A stretch of 64,000 nucleotides of DNA, taken from a virus. Taxonomy: Duplodnaviria; Caudoviricetes. The stretch spans positions 1,617 through 65,616 of IMG/VR virus record IMGVR_UViG_3300025012_000084; one strand, written 5' to 3'. Each line of letters begins with the position of its first letter. Position 1 is the first letter of the stretch. Shown here piece by piece: positions 40,548-48,886 of this stretch. The position numbers and the translations under genes are program-made. A model generated the notes under the pieces. That model worked only from the letters and a program-made list of their open reading frames with translations, did not search any database and was not told where the DNA came from.

Positions 40548-40815
40548 TTTCTTTCGTTTTAATTTTCATTGCTGCGGCGACTTGTGCGCGCAGTTTGCGC
40601 TCGACTTGTTCGATAATTTTAGCTTTCATTGGTGCGCTATCGCGCAACACTTCGCCAATCATATCGGCCACGACCGTTTGCCACCGCTCTTTAACCTGCT
40701 CTTTGATATAGCGGTCGGTCCCCCATTGGTTCGTCTGGTCGGCGATAGCTGTGCGCACTTTACGCTCGACTGCACTGCGGATTTCGTCTTCCGTGATTTC
40801 GATTTCTAGTCTCAT
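40531..40815 (-). CDS. Hypothetical protein
   Basis: AAGGA RBS; MRLEIEITEDE. Confidence 0.6.
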   Translation of the reverse strand: MRLEIEITEDEIRSAVERKVRTAIADQTNQWGTDRYIKEQVKERWQTVVADMIGEVLRDSAPMKAKIIEQVERKLRAQVAAAMKIKTKENEPPN

Positions 40816-40816
40816 T

Positions 40817-41479
40817 TTATCCTTTCTTGTGTTTGCACTGCGCCAGCGTAGCCGGGCACCATGGGTTGCATAACCCCGAAGCCCTCGCCGGCCAATCATC
40901 TTTTTCGTATGCCTTCTCCAACCGCTCGACCTTCGGTATGAAGTGACCCCAGATCATCGGGATGTCTTCGCGGGTGAACGTCTCGGTGTCCATCTTTTTG
41001 TCCTTGAGCCACAGGTATCCTGTGCGAACCTCCTGCACATCCGGCCTATCAGCAAACTCGAAACCGGCGAAGAGCATGAGCTGGTCGGAGTCAGGTTTTC
41101 TTTTTCCAGTTTTGTAGTCGAGCACCACCGACTTGACGTCATACCGGACAGTCAGGTCAACAACTCCGCGTACCCACACATCCTTTGCGAAGAACGTCGT
41201 GATCCCAAGCCCCTTGGTCAGCGCCACTTTCTGCTCGGCAATCAGCTTGCCGCCGGAGGCTTCCATCTTTTTGATGCTCGACTCCATCCACACCAGATGC
41301 TCCGGCAGCGGAGCTTTCTTCACTACGCGGTTTTCGAGAAACAGGTGACATTCGGTTCCGTAGCGCATGGCCTCGGACTCGACTGTTTTTACTTCTTTTG
41401 TGACTCGCTTGAGCTGGTACGCCCTGGGGCAGTTTGCAAAGTCGTTCAACGAGCTGAAGCTCCATGGGTGCGATGTCAT
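40817..41479 (-). CDS. PD-(D/E)XK exonuclease (RecB/Cas4-like)
   Basis: WSFSSL..F.NCPR, GTECH, RGVVD, DYKTGK, C-terminal Cys cluster. Confidence 0.85.
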   Translation of the reverse strand: MTSHPWSFSSLNDFANCPRAYQLKRVTKEVKTVESEAMRYGTECHLFLENRVVKKAPLPEHLVWMESSIKKMEASGGKLIAEQKVALTKGLGITTFFAKDVWVRGVVDLTVRYDVKSVVLDYKTGKRKPDSDQLMLFAGFEFADRPDVQEVRTGYLWLKDKKMDTETFTREDIPMIWGHFIPKVERLEKAYEKDDWPARASGLCNPWCPATLAQCKHKKG

Positions 41480-41697
41480 TTTTTCCCCGCTTTCGGAGCC
41501 GTCTCAGCCCACTCGTTTATATCCAGCGGTTCGTCTGACAGAAATACCACCTTTTCTCCGTCAAATACCCGGAACATGTCTGAGTCCGCCCGGATTTTAT
41601 ACCCCTTGTCTTCGAGCTTGTGCTTCACCATGAAAAACTGCCCGAGTAATACGGCGTCGTCGTTTGCTCTCGCGATTAAATCTGTCATCGTTGTCAT
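41476..41697 (-). CDS. Hypothetical protein
   Basis: ATGA overlaps at both ends. Confidence 0.55.
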   Translation of the reverse strand: MTTMTDLIARANDDAVLLGQFFMVKHKLEDKGYKIRADSDMFRVFDGEKVVFLSDEPLDINEWAETAPKAGKK

Positions 41698-41972
41698 ATC
41701 TGCACCCTCTCAATCAACCCAACGTATCCGGCCATGTCAACCACGGTGTCTCGCTTCTTCGGCCCGTTGAATCCGCGCGCCATTTTCACCAGCACCATCA
41801 TTTGACACACATCTTCGGCAAAAATCGGGAATTCCGCGCCATACTTACCGTACAGGTACATCTCCCAGAAATTAGCAATGTCGCCGAGGTTCTTTTTCGG
41901 GTCTCCGTAGTCGGCCTCGCGGCCTCCGTAGATCAGTTCATGCGCTTCTTGTAGAATCGTTTTCTTTTCCAT
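41694..41972 (-). CDS. DUF6378-like protein
   Basis: ILQEA..LI.G.R...YG.P...KMAR...D..VD.AGY. Confidence 0.75.
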   Translation of the reverse strand: MEKKTILQEAHELIYGGREADYGDPKKNLGDIANFWEMYLYGKYGAEFPIFAEDVCQMMVLVKMARGFNGPKKRDTVVDMAGYVGLIERVQI

Positions 41973-41976
41973 CACT

Positions 41977-42198
41977 TCACTCCTTTGGGCCGGCGAGAAC
42001 ACGCATCCCATCCAACCGCATCTGATCGGCCAGCATAAGTGACAGCGCCTTCAAGTTCTTGCCTGATATGTTGGCCAAGGTATCCGCCTCCTCGCGCTTC
42101 ATGCCTCCGGCTTTGAAATCTTCATACAACCTTCGCATGTCGACGCTGATCGCCATTGCTTCGGATTGAACTGTAATTGCTTCAGATAGCTTTACCAT
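41977..42198 (-). CDS. Hypothetical protein
   Basis: AAGGAG RBS; LANISGK motif. Confidence 0.6.
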   Translation of the reverse strand: MVKLSEAITVQSEAMAISVDMRRLYEDFKAGGMKREEADTLANISGKNLKALSLMLADQMRLDGMRVLAGPKE

Positions 42199-42700
42199 TT
42201 TTACTCTCCTTTATGAGTCGTTTAAGCATTAAGTTTGCTCGTTTTGCTTCGATAAGCTCCAAGGGGATTGCATGTACAGGTAGATGCAACAGTTGAGCCA
42301 TTAGGCAATTGCGCAGAGGATTCTTGGCTATCCACCGTTTTACGGAATCTCTATTGTTTTCTCGGTGCGCCTCCCTGTATTTTATCGTCGTTGATTTGAC
42401 CTTGTCAGGGTGTTCGTCGCGCCATTTTTTAGTTGTTGCTTTTGCCTTGTCTTTATTCTCAGCGTAATACCTCCGTCCAATCTCCTTGCACCTGTCAGGG
42501 TTTGCAGCAGCCCATGCTCTAGCCGCCGCCGCAATACGCTCTCTGTTTCGTTCATAGTGTCTTCGAGATGCGGCTGCTTTTTTAGCTTTGTTCTTGGTAG
42601 AGAGTCTTTTCGCAGTAGCTTTTCTACATTTCTCACAGCCTTTTTTACTGCCTTTCACAGGTTCGTACTGGTGCAATCCTTTCGTGCACGTTTTCATCAC
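42182..42700 (-). CDS. Basic Zn-finger/helical-repeat protein (HNH-associated N-terminus, no HNH core)
   Basis: CTKGLH..CEKC, W/Y..(N/H)P repeats, IPLELIEAKR. Confidence 0.6.
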   Translation of the reverse strand: MMKTCTKGLHQYEPVKGSKKGCEKCRKATAKRLSTKNKAKKAAASRRHYERNRERIAAAARAWAAANPDRCKEIGRRYYAENKDKAKATTKKWRDEHPDKVKSTTIKYREAHRENNRDSVKRWIAKNPLRNCLMAQLLHLPVHAIPLELIEAKRANLMLKRLIKESKNGKAI

Positions 42701-42966
42701 TAGATCTTCTCCACAGGTGAAAACTTTCCGAACGACACGCGCCCTCGGCGCTCGCAGTCCAGCTTTTTGTTTATGTCAAATGCCAGTGAGCTGTTTGCAA
42801 TGTCAAACGTGGTGTACACACGCCCCTCAAGCATAATCGCTCCTGTAAAGAGCGGCATGTCGCGACCCATACCGGCTCCTTCCACTCTGTCCGCGCCTAG
42901 AAAAAGCTCGCATATTACAGCGCCGTCTTCGCGCACAACAAACAGGCCTCTCGATAATTCCGTCAT
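42700..42966 (-). CDS. Hypothetical protein
   Basis: ATGA overlap with polymerase gene. Confidence 0.5.
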   Translation of the reverse strand: MTELSRGLFVVREDGAVICELFLGADRVEGAGMGRDMPLFTGAIMLEGRVYTTFDIANSSLAFDINKKLDCERRGRVSFGKFSPVEKI

Positions 42967-44798
42967 CTACCCACTCCTTTCAGTAAACCCCATGACTTGC
43001 CTATCTTCGCGTCCCACGGCAACGGTATCGCCGGAGTCCACCCCCATGCTGATTGATATGGCAGGTTGTTTAACCTGTCCTGTATGCGCGTCACTGTAGT
43101 CAGCGCCCTGTCATCATCTCTTACATATATGAACAGCGCGTCGTGCAAGTCCCACGCATACATCACGTCGTCATTGAACTCGGTCAGCTGTAGCACCGCG
43201 ATAGCCAGCTCCTTCATGTCGCCACCAGTGCCTTGAATCCTGAAGTTGATCGCAGTCTGCTGCTGTTCGTAGATGTTCAGGTTCTTCAGTACGATGCGCC
43301 GATGTCCTCGCGTTTCTGCGTAACCAACTCTCGCGGCCTCCTTGATCGCCGACTTCCAATACCGAAGCACCCCAGGGTACGTTCTGAGGTATGTTGCCTT
43401 GATATGCTCGGCCTTTGACGGTGGAAGATTTAGTCCGTACTGCGTCAGAGCGCGAACCCGGATTGTGTCAGTTCCGATTCTGTACTGCAACGATAAGTTT
43501 GCGAACTTGCCGAGGTTCCGTATGCGCTTGGCCTCCGGGTCTTTGTCCTGCTCGCCGCTCACCCACTGCCATTCTTTTCTCTCGATCTCTGCACCCATAT
43601 AGGCATGTCCGTCGATGCCGTCGAGGAATAGTTTGAGCATCGTCTCGTCCTGCGAGTCGTCAGCCATCAGCCGCATCTCTTGCCCTGACGCGTCGAACTC
43701 GGCGAGAAGGAACCCTTCCGGCGCTTCGAGTATATTCCTCGCCCCTTTTCCGCGCTCCCACTGGTGGAGCGCGATGCCTGTCTGAATCTCTGACTTGCCT
43801 TTTCCTTGCTTCGATGAGTAAGTCATTCGACCAGTGTATGTACCAGCAATAAACGGGCTCGGCCTTGTAATCAGCGCGCCGTGATACGCAGTCGAATCCT
43901 TGACGGCATCCACGAACTTTGACTGCTGCGTGTTTACTTTGCGCACTGCCATCAGCGCTCCGAGTCGCTCGTCATCAAGGTGCTCCAGTTCGAGTGTAAG
44001 AAGAGTCTCTTTGTCGGTGGACGCCGCTCCAGCAGGTGTCGTCTTCACCACACCAAATCCCCAATCTTCAAACAACAGCTTCGCCAGCTTCTTAGGCGAC
44101 GCTATTACGTCAGCAGGTACTCCGAGTTTAGCTTCGGCTGCGACACGCCGCTCACTCACGTCTTTATCAAGCGCAGCCAGCGCCTCCGGGTTTATCGTGA
44201 TGCCATTGATGTGCGACAGCGCGATCGGCGAGAGTCCGAGTGCCTCGTGACGCGCAGCTTTTTTCTCCGGCTCGGTGAGCTGATCGAGATATTCCTGCGC
44301 CAGCAGGTAAGTGAACTTGCTGTCCTTGATGTTGTAGTCAAGCAGTCGCGTCCACTCTTCTTCGGTCTGTGGAACTTTTGTAACATCATCACCTAGTCCG
44401 TAATCGGCATGCTCTGGCCAACGTTTTGCAACAACATCCTTGAGGCTGTACCCACGGCCACCAAGATCCCGGCTGCGCCAGCCGTCAACGCGTTTCAGCA
44501 GCAGCATGGCGTCAATCCAAGTGCATGCGTTGACTTCCTTGGTCAGCCCGATGGCGTGCAACCATGCGATGTCGAACAGCAAGTTCCAGCCCACCAAGAC
44601 GGTCTTGCGTTCAGCGCATGAGACCAGAAACTTTTTGAACCACTCAGTTGATGGCATGCGCACTGCCACCTTCTTTTCATCGCTACGCCACACCGCTACT
44701 GACTTTATTGTCGCCTCGCCAGTTCGTGCTCTCCAAGGTTGAAGGCCGAACTCCGGCACCTCTTGCGGGGTTTCCAGATCGAATCCGCATAGATTCAT
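42963..44798 (-). CDS. DNA polymerase family A with 3'-5' exonuclease
   Basis: FDLET (ExoI), WNLLFD (ExoII), YNIKD (ExoIII), TGRM, DASGQEMR, R...K..NL...Y, IQGTG, HD. Confidence 0.92.
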   Translation of the reverse strand: MNLCGFDLETPQEVPEFGLQPWRARTGEATIKSVAVWRSDEKKVAVRMPSTEWFKKFLVSCAERKTVLVGWNLLFDIAWLHAIGLTKEVNACTWIDAMLLLKRVDGWRSRDLGGRGYSLKDVVAKRWPEHADYGLGDDVTKVPQTEEEWTRLLDYNIKDSKFTYLLAQEYLDQLTEPEKKAARHEALGLSPIALSHINGITINPEALAALDKDVSERRVAAEAKLGVPADVIASPKKLAKLLFEDWGFGVVKTTPAGAASTDKETLLTLELEHLDDERLGALMAVRKVNTQQSKFVDAVKDSTAYHGALITRPSPFIAGTYTGRMTYSSKQGKGKSEIQTGIALHQWERGKGARNILEAPEGFLLAEFDASGQEMRLMADDSQDETMLKLFLDGIDGHAYMGAEIERKEWQWVSGEQDKDPEAKRIRNLGKFANLSLQYRIGTDTIRVRALTQYGLNLPPSKAEHIKATYLRTYPGVLRYWKSAIKEAARVGYAETRGHRRIVLKNLNIYEQQQTAINFRIQGTGGDMKELAIAVLQLTEFNDDVMYAWDLHDALFIYVRDDDRALTTVTRIQDRLNNLPYQSAWGWTPAIPLPWDAKIGKSWGLLKGVGR

Positions 44799-44895
44799 AG
44801 TTACACTCCTTAGATAATTAGTGCCGCTTACGATTATGCGGCGAGTGTGGTTAGTTCCCGCCTTCTTAGGGAAGGCTCGCCCACTCCGATTTCTT

Positions 44896-45168
44896 TTATC
44901 GCTTCATGCTCCCATCCGGATTCCGTGCGAAACTTCTGTTGTCGCTCTTGCTCTTGACCCGGAGATTTCCTTTGCCCACGGCGCCACCTTTGCTCAGCGG
45001 CTTAACATGGTCTACATCAAGCCCGTCAAACGGCTTCACCTTCCCGGCCTTCTCCATGTCGCGGCGGGCTTGCTTGCGCGCGGCGTTCTTCGGGCCTTCG
45101 CCTCGGGCGAGGGAAGTCTTGCGCTCCTGCTTCAGGTCTCTGACATAATTTTTAGAACTTGGGCACAT
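44896..45168 (-). CDS. Small HNH endonuclease
   Basis: DVDHVKPLSKGG...NLRV...NRSF. Confidence 0.85.
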   Translation of the reverse strand: MCPSSKNYVRDLKQERKTSLARGEGPKNAARKQARRDMEKAGKVKPFDGLDVDHVKPLSKGGAVGKGNLRVKSKSDNRSFARNPDGSMKR

Positions 45169-45182
45169 GATTTGATTCTCCT

Positions 45183-45467
45183 TTATCTGAGGGCATTTTC
45201 AGTCTTACACTCAAAAATCTCTACGGCGTCTAATAATGCTTTAGCGGGGGCATCATCATCTAGTGACACAGCGACGTATCGGGCAGTGTTTGCTAAATCT
45301 ATTCCGGCGTGTGTCAGATGCTCAATCTGATCCGGCATTTTGTCATTATCGTCACAGTCTTCGAGTAGTGCGGTCGCGTGTTTTACAAGCTCTCGCTCAA
45401 GCTCTGTAGTAGCAGCCGTATCAGCGTATCGTATCAGTTCCTCGGTTGTCATGCTCGGTAAATACAT
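45183..45467 (-). CDS. Hypothetical protein
   Basis: GGAG RBS; MTTEELIRYA. Confidence 0.6.
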   Translation of the reverse strand: MYLPSMTTEELIRYADTAATTELERELVKHATALLEDCDDNDKMPDQIEHLTHAGIDLANTARYVAVSLDDDAPAKALLDAVEIFECKTENALR

Positions 45468-45512
45468 TTTACTCTCTCCCTCTCGTTATATGATTCCTGT
45501 GTTTAAGTACGC

Positions 45513-45785
45513 TCACCGACCCACCGGTGATTTTCGCGGCAACCCGTTGTTGTAGGGACGCCTCGGAAAGTCATTATTCTTGTTCCGATTCACGCACTCA
45601 ATGCAGCAGCCTGATTTAGTGTATCGGGTGCCGGAGTGACCATTGATGCAGGGTTGGCCTTGATACTTCTTCTCTCCAGACTCATATGCGTTGATTCGGT
45701 TGGTCAGGTCGGCAATGCGCATCATCGCTAGGCGCTTTGTGACCTCGTGCTTGGCGATTGATTTGAGTAGTTTTGCTACTAACAT
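45513..45785 (-). CDS. Zn-ribbon hypothetical protein
   Basis: YQGQPCINGH...RYTKSGCCIEC. Confidence 0.6.
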   Translation of the reverse strand: MLVAKLLKSIAKHEVTKRLAMMRIADLTNRINAYESGEKKYQGQPCINGHSGTRYTKSGCCIECVNRNKNNDFPRRPYNNGLPRKSPVGR

Positions 45786-45970
45786 TTTCGGATACCTAAG
45801 TAATTGCGAACCTTGCGCAATGCGTCGCGAAATTCAATATCCGCGCGAAGCTGCCGCTGTGCATCGAGCACGACCTTAAGCTGTTCCGTCACGGCCTCGT
45901 CGGCTGCGTCCTGTTCTTCAGCGAGCTGCGCCAGCAGTATTGCGCGCTCGGATATTGTGTAGTTTGTCAT
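45779..45970 (-). CDS. Small coiled-coil protein
   Basis: GGAGG RBS; ATGA overlap. Confidence 0.55.
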   Translation of the reverse strand: MTNYTISERAILLAQLAEEQDAADEAVTEQLKVVLDAQRQLRADIEFRDALRKVRNYLGIRKC

Positions 45971-46251
45971 CTCTTTCCTCCACCAGCTCCAAAATGCTGC
46001 GTCCCGCGTATGGCACTCGCTAGATTATTCATTGCCTCAGCGAGTTTCAATATTGTGATGTCCTCAGTTTCCATGCGCTTCCTTTGATCTATATCAATAC
46101 CATACGAGCAAGAACCTCCACCACCCGACGATACGTTAATCGCGTCGGTTTTGAAGGAGCTTCCATTTTGAAGACAAACAGCAGAGCGAAGCAGTCTTAT
46201 TGCTTTAATCATCTGCGCATCATCAGCCTCTTGTAATTTGTTTGTGCTCAT
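45967..46251 (-). CDS. Hypothetical protein
   Basis: GGAGG RBS; ATGA overlap. Confidence 0.55.
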   Translation of the reverse strand: MSTNKLQEADDAQMIKAIRLLRSAVCLQNGSSFKTDAINVSSGGGGSCSYGIDIDQRKRMETEDITILKLAEAMNNLASAIRGTQHFGAGGGKR

Positions 46252-46553
46252 CGTCCCTCCACCTTAGCAGCCGTCCATGTGATATTTGCGAACTCGTAAT
46301 AGTCTTTACCCTCTGTGCGCATGTGGGGGTAACGTCCTGCGAGTATCTCGTGCGCCTCGTGCAGGTTGGCCTCGGCCTTCATCGCGCGAGCCTCGGCTTG
46401 TGCGACAATATGATTGTGATTTCGCACGGTTGATACTGAATACCATAAGCCATATCCGGCCAGGATGATTGCTATAGCCCAGCCGGTGCGGGTCAGAAAG
46501 TTTTTCATGCGGTCTTGATACCGGTCACGCCAGCGGGGTCTGAATCGTTTCAT
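46248..46553 (-). CDS. Single-TM membrane protein
   Basis: AAGGAG RBS; WAIAIILAGYGLWY. Confidence 0.6.
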   Translation of the reverse strand: MKRFRPRWRDRYQDRMKNFLTRTGWAIAIILAGYGLWYSVSTVRNHNHIVAQAEARAMKAEANLHEAHEILAGRYPHMRTEGKDYYEFANITWTAAKVEGR

Positions 46554-46655
46554 TTTTATGCTCCTTTTGTTGTGTAAACTAATAGCTGGAATAGGTGTAA
46601 AACTGCCTTCGTTACAGGATATACCCCTAAATCGGTGCCTAAGATACGTTAGAGG

Positions 46656-46889
46656 TCAACACACTGGGCACCCGCATAAAAATCCATGAGGGCAATATGC
46701 TGCCGCTTCCGCCTCGCACATTTCGTCTACGCACGCAGGGTTGTCGCACCACAAGTATTTATTCCCGCAAGGGCAAATGGACGGGTCTTTGACCTCTAAC
46801 CCTCCGCTCAAGTTCGCTCCGGCTTCGCCTGCGCGGGACTGCGCGCCAGCGGGGTTCCTTTCAATTTCATTCGTTGCTGCCATGTTCAT
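46656..46889 (-). CDS. Cassette gene: Cys-rich protein
   Basis: AAGGAG RBS and ATG inside the attC1 loop; 8 Cys. Confidence 0.65.
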   Translation of the reverse strand: MNMAATNEIERNPAGAQSRAGEAGANLSGGLEVKDPSICPCGNKYLWCDNPACVDEMCEAEAAAYCPHGFLCGCPVC

Positions 46890-46940
46890 ATCTCCTTCAA
46901 AGTTTTGTGAAGCGCGCAGTCCCTTAGCTACACGTTAGAA
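46794..46940 (+). repeat. attC-like site 1 (147 bp)
   Basis: CTCTAAC CCTCC GCTCAAG ... 12-bp stem GGGACTGCGCGC/GCGCGCAGTCCC ... CTTAGC TACAC GTTAGAA. Confidence 0.85.
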
Positions 46941-47263
46941 CCCATCATGAAGCGTCCAGCCTCACGGTTCCATACCGCATCAATCGCAAGCCTGTTTAGG
47001 TCTTCACTGGCACGCGGATCGTCAGCTTCACAACTCACCCATCCGCTTCCCGGTATTAACTTGGCATACCACCCGAATTCTCGGCATTCCATTTCCCCCG
47101 GATATATACATGTCCATTTTATTGAAGGCAGCGCGTGTTCTTCGCAGTCGCACGATATGCGCTGCTCTCCACAATTTGCGCACCGTTCAACATCGCATCC
47201 GGGTTGGTGTTGCTCTCTGGGCGGCACTCCGCAATCCGGGCAATTTCGCAGTTCGTTTCGCAT
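46928..47263 (-). CDS. Cassette gene: Zn-binding protein
   Basis: CPDCGV...H..GCDVERC..CG.Q.ISCDC; ends SNV* within attC1. Confidence 0.7.
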   Translation of the reverse strand: MRNELRNCPDCGVPPREQHQPGCDVERCANCGEQRISCDCEEHALPSIKWTCIYPGEMECREFGWYAKLIPGSGWVSCEADDPRASEDLNRLAIDAVWNREAGRFMMGSNV

Positions 47264-47283
47264 CGCGTTTCTCCGTAGTTGTG

Positions 47284-47346
47284 TTCTAACTTTCCGCTCA
47301 AGCGGGGCTGCGCGCTTTTGCGCAGTCCCTTAGCTACACGTTGGAC
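47284..47346 (+). repeat. attC-like site 2 (63 bp)
   Basis: TTCTAAC TTTCC GCTCAAG ... CTTAGC TACAC GTTGGAC. Confidence 0.9.
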
Positions 47347-47534
47347 ACTTTTCTATCCTTGCAAGAGTTCGACCAATGGCAATTCCCTTTTTGCTCCCAA
47401 GCGCAGTATGGAGGGTAATCGCATTTGCCCTTATTCTCGTAACGCTCCCAAAATGGTTTGCTGGTGTCCAACCCGCCGTTCAACTCGAACTCCGCGCCAG
47501 CGTGGTCGTTTACAGGTTTCATTGTGTCTGCCAT
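47334..47534 (-). CDS. Cassette gene: small Cys-containing protein
   Basis: AAGGA RBS and ATG in the attC3 loop; ends SNV* within attC2. Confidence 0.6.
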   Translation of the reverse strand: MADTMKPVNDHAGAEFELNGGLDTSKPFWERYENKGKCDYPPYCAWEQKGNCHWSNSCKDRKVSNV

Positions 47535-47591
47535 GATTATTTCCTTGTTGAAGTGTTTAGTTGCGCGGAGCCGGTTAACTCTACGTTGGAC
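47466..47591 (+). repeat. attC-like site 3 (126 bp)
   Basis: GTCCAAC CCGCC GTTCAAC ... CTCCGCGC/GCGCGGAG ... GTTAAC TCTAC GTTGGAC. Confidence 0.88.
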
Positions 47592-47595
47592 ACCT

Positions 47596-47853
47596 TCATC
47601 CAAAAGTTGCGGATATTTCTTCGCACTGTGTTTTGATGTCCGTCAAAAATGCCCGTGCTCCGTCAAAAGTCATGCTGCATAATCCACCTCCTGCTTTTAT
47701 GCCAAGCTCTTCTATCACAGCCAACAACATTTCGGTTTCGCGCACATGCTGCGCAGAGAGTGATAGGTATTTGTTTTTGTACTCGCCGTCGGTGTCCAAC
47801 CCGGCGTTCGAGCGCACGGGCAACGGCGCGGCTTCTTTCACAGTTTCATTCAT
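47596..47853 (-). CDS. Cassette gene: hypothetical protein
   Basis: AGGAG RBS and ATG in the attC4 loop. Confidence 0.65.
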   Translation of the reverse strand: MNETVKEAAPLPVRSNAGLDTDGEYKNKYLSLSAQHVRETEMLLAVIEELGIKAGGGLCSMTFDGARAFLTDIKTQCEEISATFG

Positions 47854-47898
47854 GGTTTCTCCTCGCGCCGTTCCCCGGCGCTCAACTCTACGTTAGGC
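47794..47898 (+). repeat. attC-like site 4 (105 bp)
   Basis: GTCCAAC CCGGC GTTCGAG ... AACGGCGCG/CGCGCCGTT ... CTCAAC TCTAC GTTAGGC. Confidence 0.9.
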
Positions 47899-48074
47899 GT
47901 CTTGTCCCGTCCGAGCCAAGTGCACCATGCAGCTATTGCGGCACCCCCCCACCACGGCAGATCAATCCAGTGGTCGCGCACATGCTGGATGTATCCTTCC
48001 AGCCCGTACCAATTTTGGATCATCATCACCACACCAAGGGCGGTCGCTGCCCCCATTGCAAATTGCCTATTCAT
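47850..48074 (-). CDS. Cassette gene: 2-TM membrane protein
   Basis: AAGGA RBS; two hydrophobic segments; tail PNVELS.. runs through attC4. Confidence 0.6.
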   Translation of the reverse strand: MNRQFAMGAATALGVVMMIQNWYGLEGYIQHVRDHWIDLPWWGGAAIAAWCTWLGRDKTPNVELSAGERREEKP

Positions 48075-48103
48075 CGACGCTTCCTTTCTCCGAATCACGA
48101 AGT

Positions 48104-48129
48104 GCGCGCCCCTCAACTACACGTTGGAC
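48104..48129 (+). repeat. attC-like right half (left half lost)
   Basis: GCGCGCCC CTCAAC TACAC GTTGGAC. Confidence 0.7.
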
Positions 48130-48869
48130 ACCACTTCGTTCCATACTGTCGGCTGTCCGGTAACGCTCTCCAAAAAGCACCCATCCAATTTTTCTGGTCG
48201 AACGTACTTTGCAAGGAAGTCCACAACCCAATGTCGCTCGCCACCTTTGCCGGGGTCAATGAGTTCGTTCCGCTCTACGCGCCACATCGCTCCCTCAATC
48301 GGGTCAATCGCGCCGTGATTGCCGTACTCGCCAAGCCGCTTCATTGCCTCTTCAATGCTCAACGCATCCCCGATATGGATAGTGTGCGGTAAAACAAAAC
48401 GCCCGCTTATTCTGGATTGCAGTTCTTCGTGGGTTGCGCGCTTCATTCCTCTCATCAGGTCAAAGGCCACAAACGGCTCATGCGGCAGCTTGTAGCGCGT
48501 ACCGTGAGCCTGCAACAGCCATTCACCCGCCAGCCGTTCGCCGTCGGCCAAAACCTCTGCAAACCGCGCTTCGTTTGCGGAAACCCACTCCCCGAATTTA
48601 TGGTGTTGCATGTATGGCGAGGTGTGCGCCAAGTACCCTGCACGTGTCAGCGCCAGTATTTCTCCGTTGATCTTCGCCACCCCAACATTCGACCCGTCCA
48701 GTTTTTCTTGGACGATGATGCGGTCGTGTTTGTCGCGTACCTTTTCATTGCAAATGCGCTCTTGCCCTTCGTGGCAGCTATGATCCCCCGGCCCCAGTCT
48801 CGACCCAGGAAGGTGTGCAATGCTCCCGTAATTTTTACCACCCAAAGGTTTTGCGTTCTTCTTTTCCAT
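48117..48869 (-). CDS. Cassette gene: RNA ligase (Rnl2-like nucleotidyltransferase)
   Basis: Motif I QEKLDGSN, GEW, FVAFD, EGAMWR, AKYV; AGGAG RBS. Confidence 0.85.
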   Translation of the reverse strand: MEKKNAKPLGGKNYGSIAHLPGSRLGPGDHSCHEGQERICNEKVRDKHDRIIVQEKLDGSNVGVAKINGEILALTRAGYLAHTSPYMQHHKFGEWVSANEARFAEVLADGERLAGEWLLQAHGTRYKLPHEPFVAFDLMRGMKRATHEELQSRISGRFVLPHTIHIGDALSIEEAMKRLGEYGNHGAIDPIEGAMWRVERNELIDPGKGGERHWVVDFLAKYVRPEKLDGCFLESVTGQPTVWNEVVSNV

Positions 48870-48886
48870 TTTCTCGGCTCTCCTAG

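Noticed and set aside
40817-41479. CRISPR-associated Cas4
   Set aside because: No array or other cas genes; ordinary phage PD-(D/E)XK exonuclease in a replication module.
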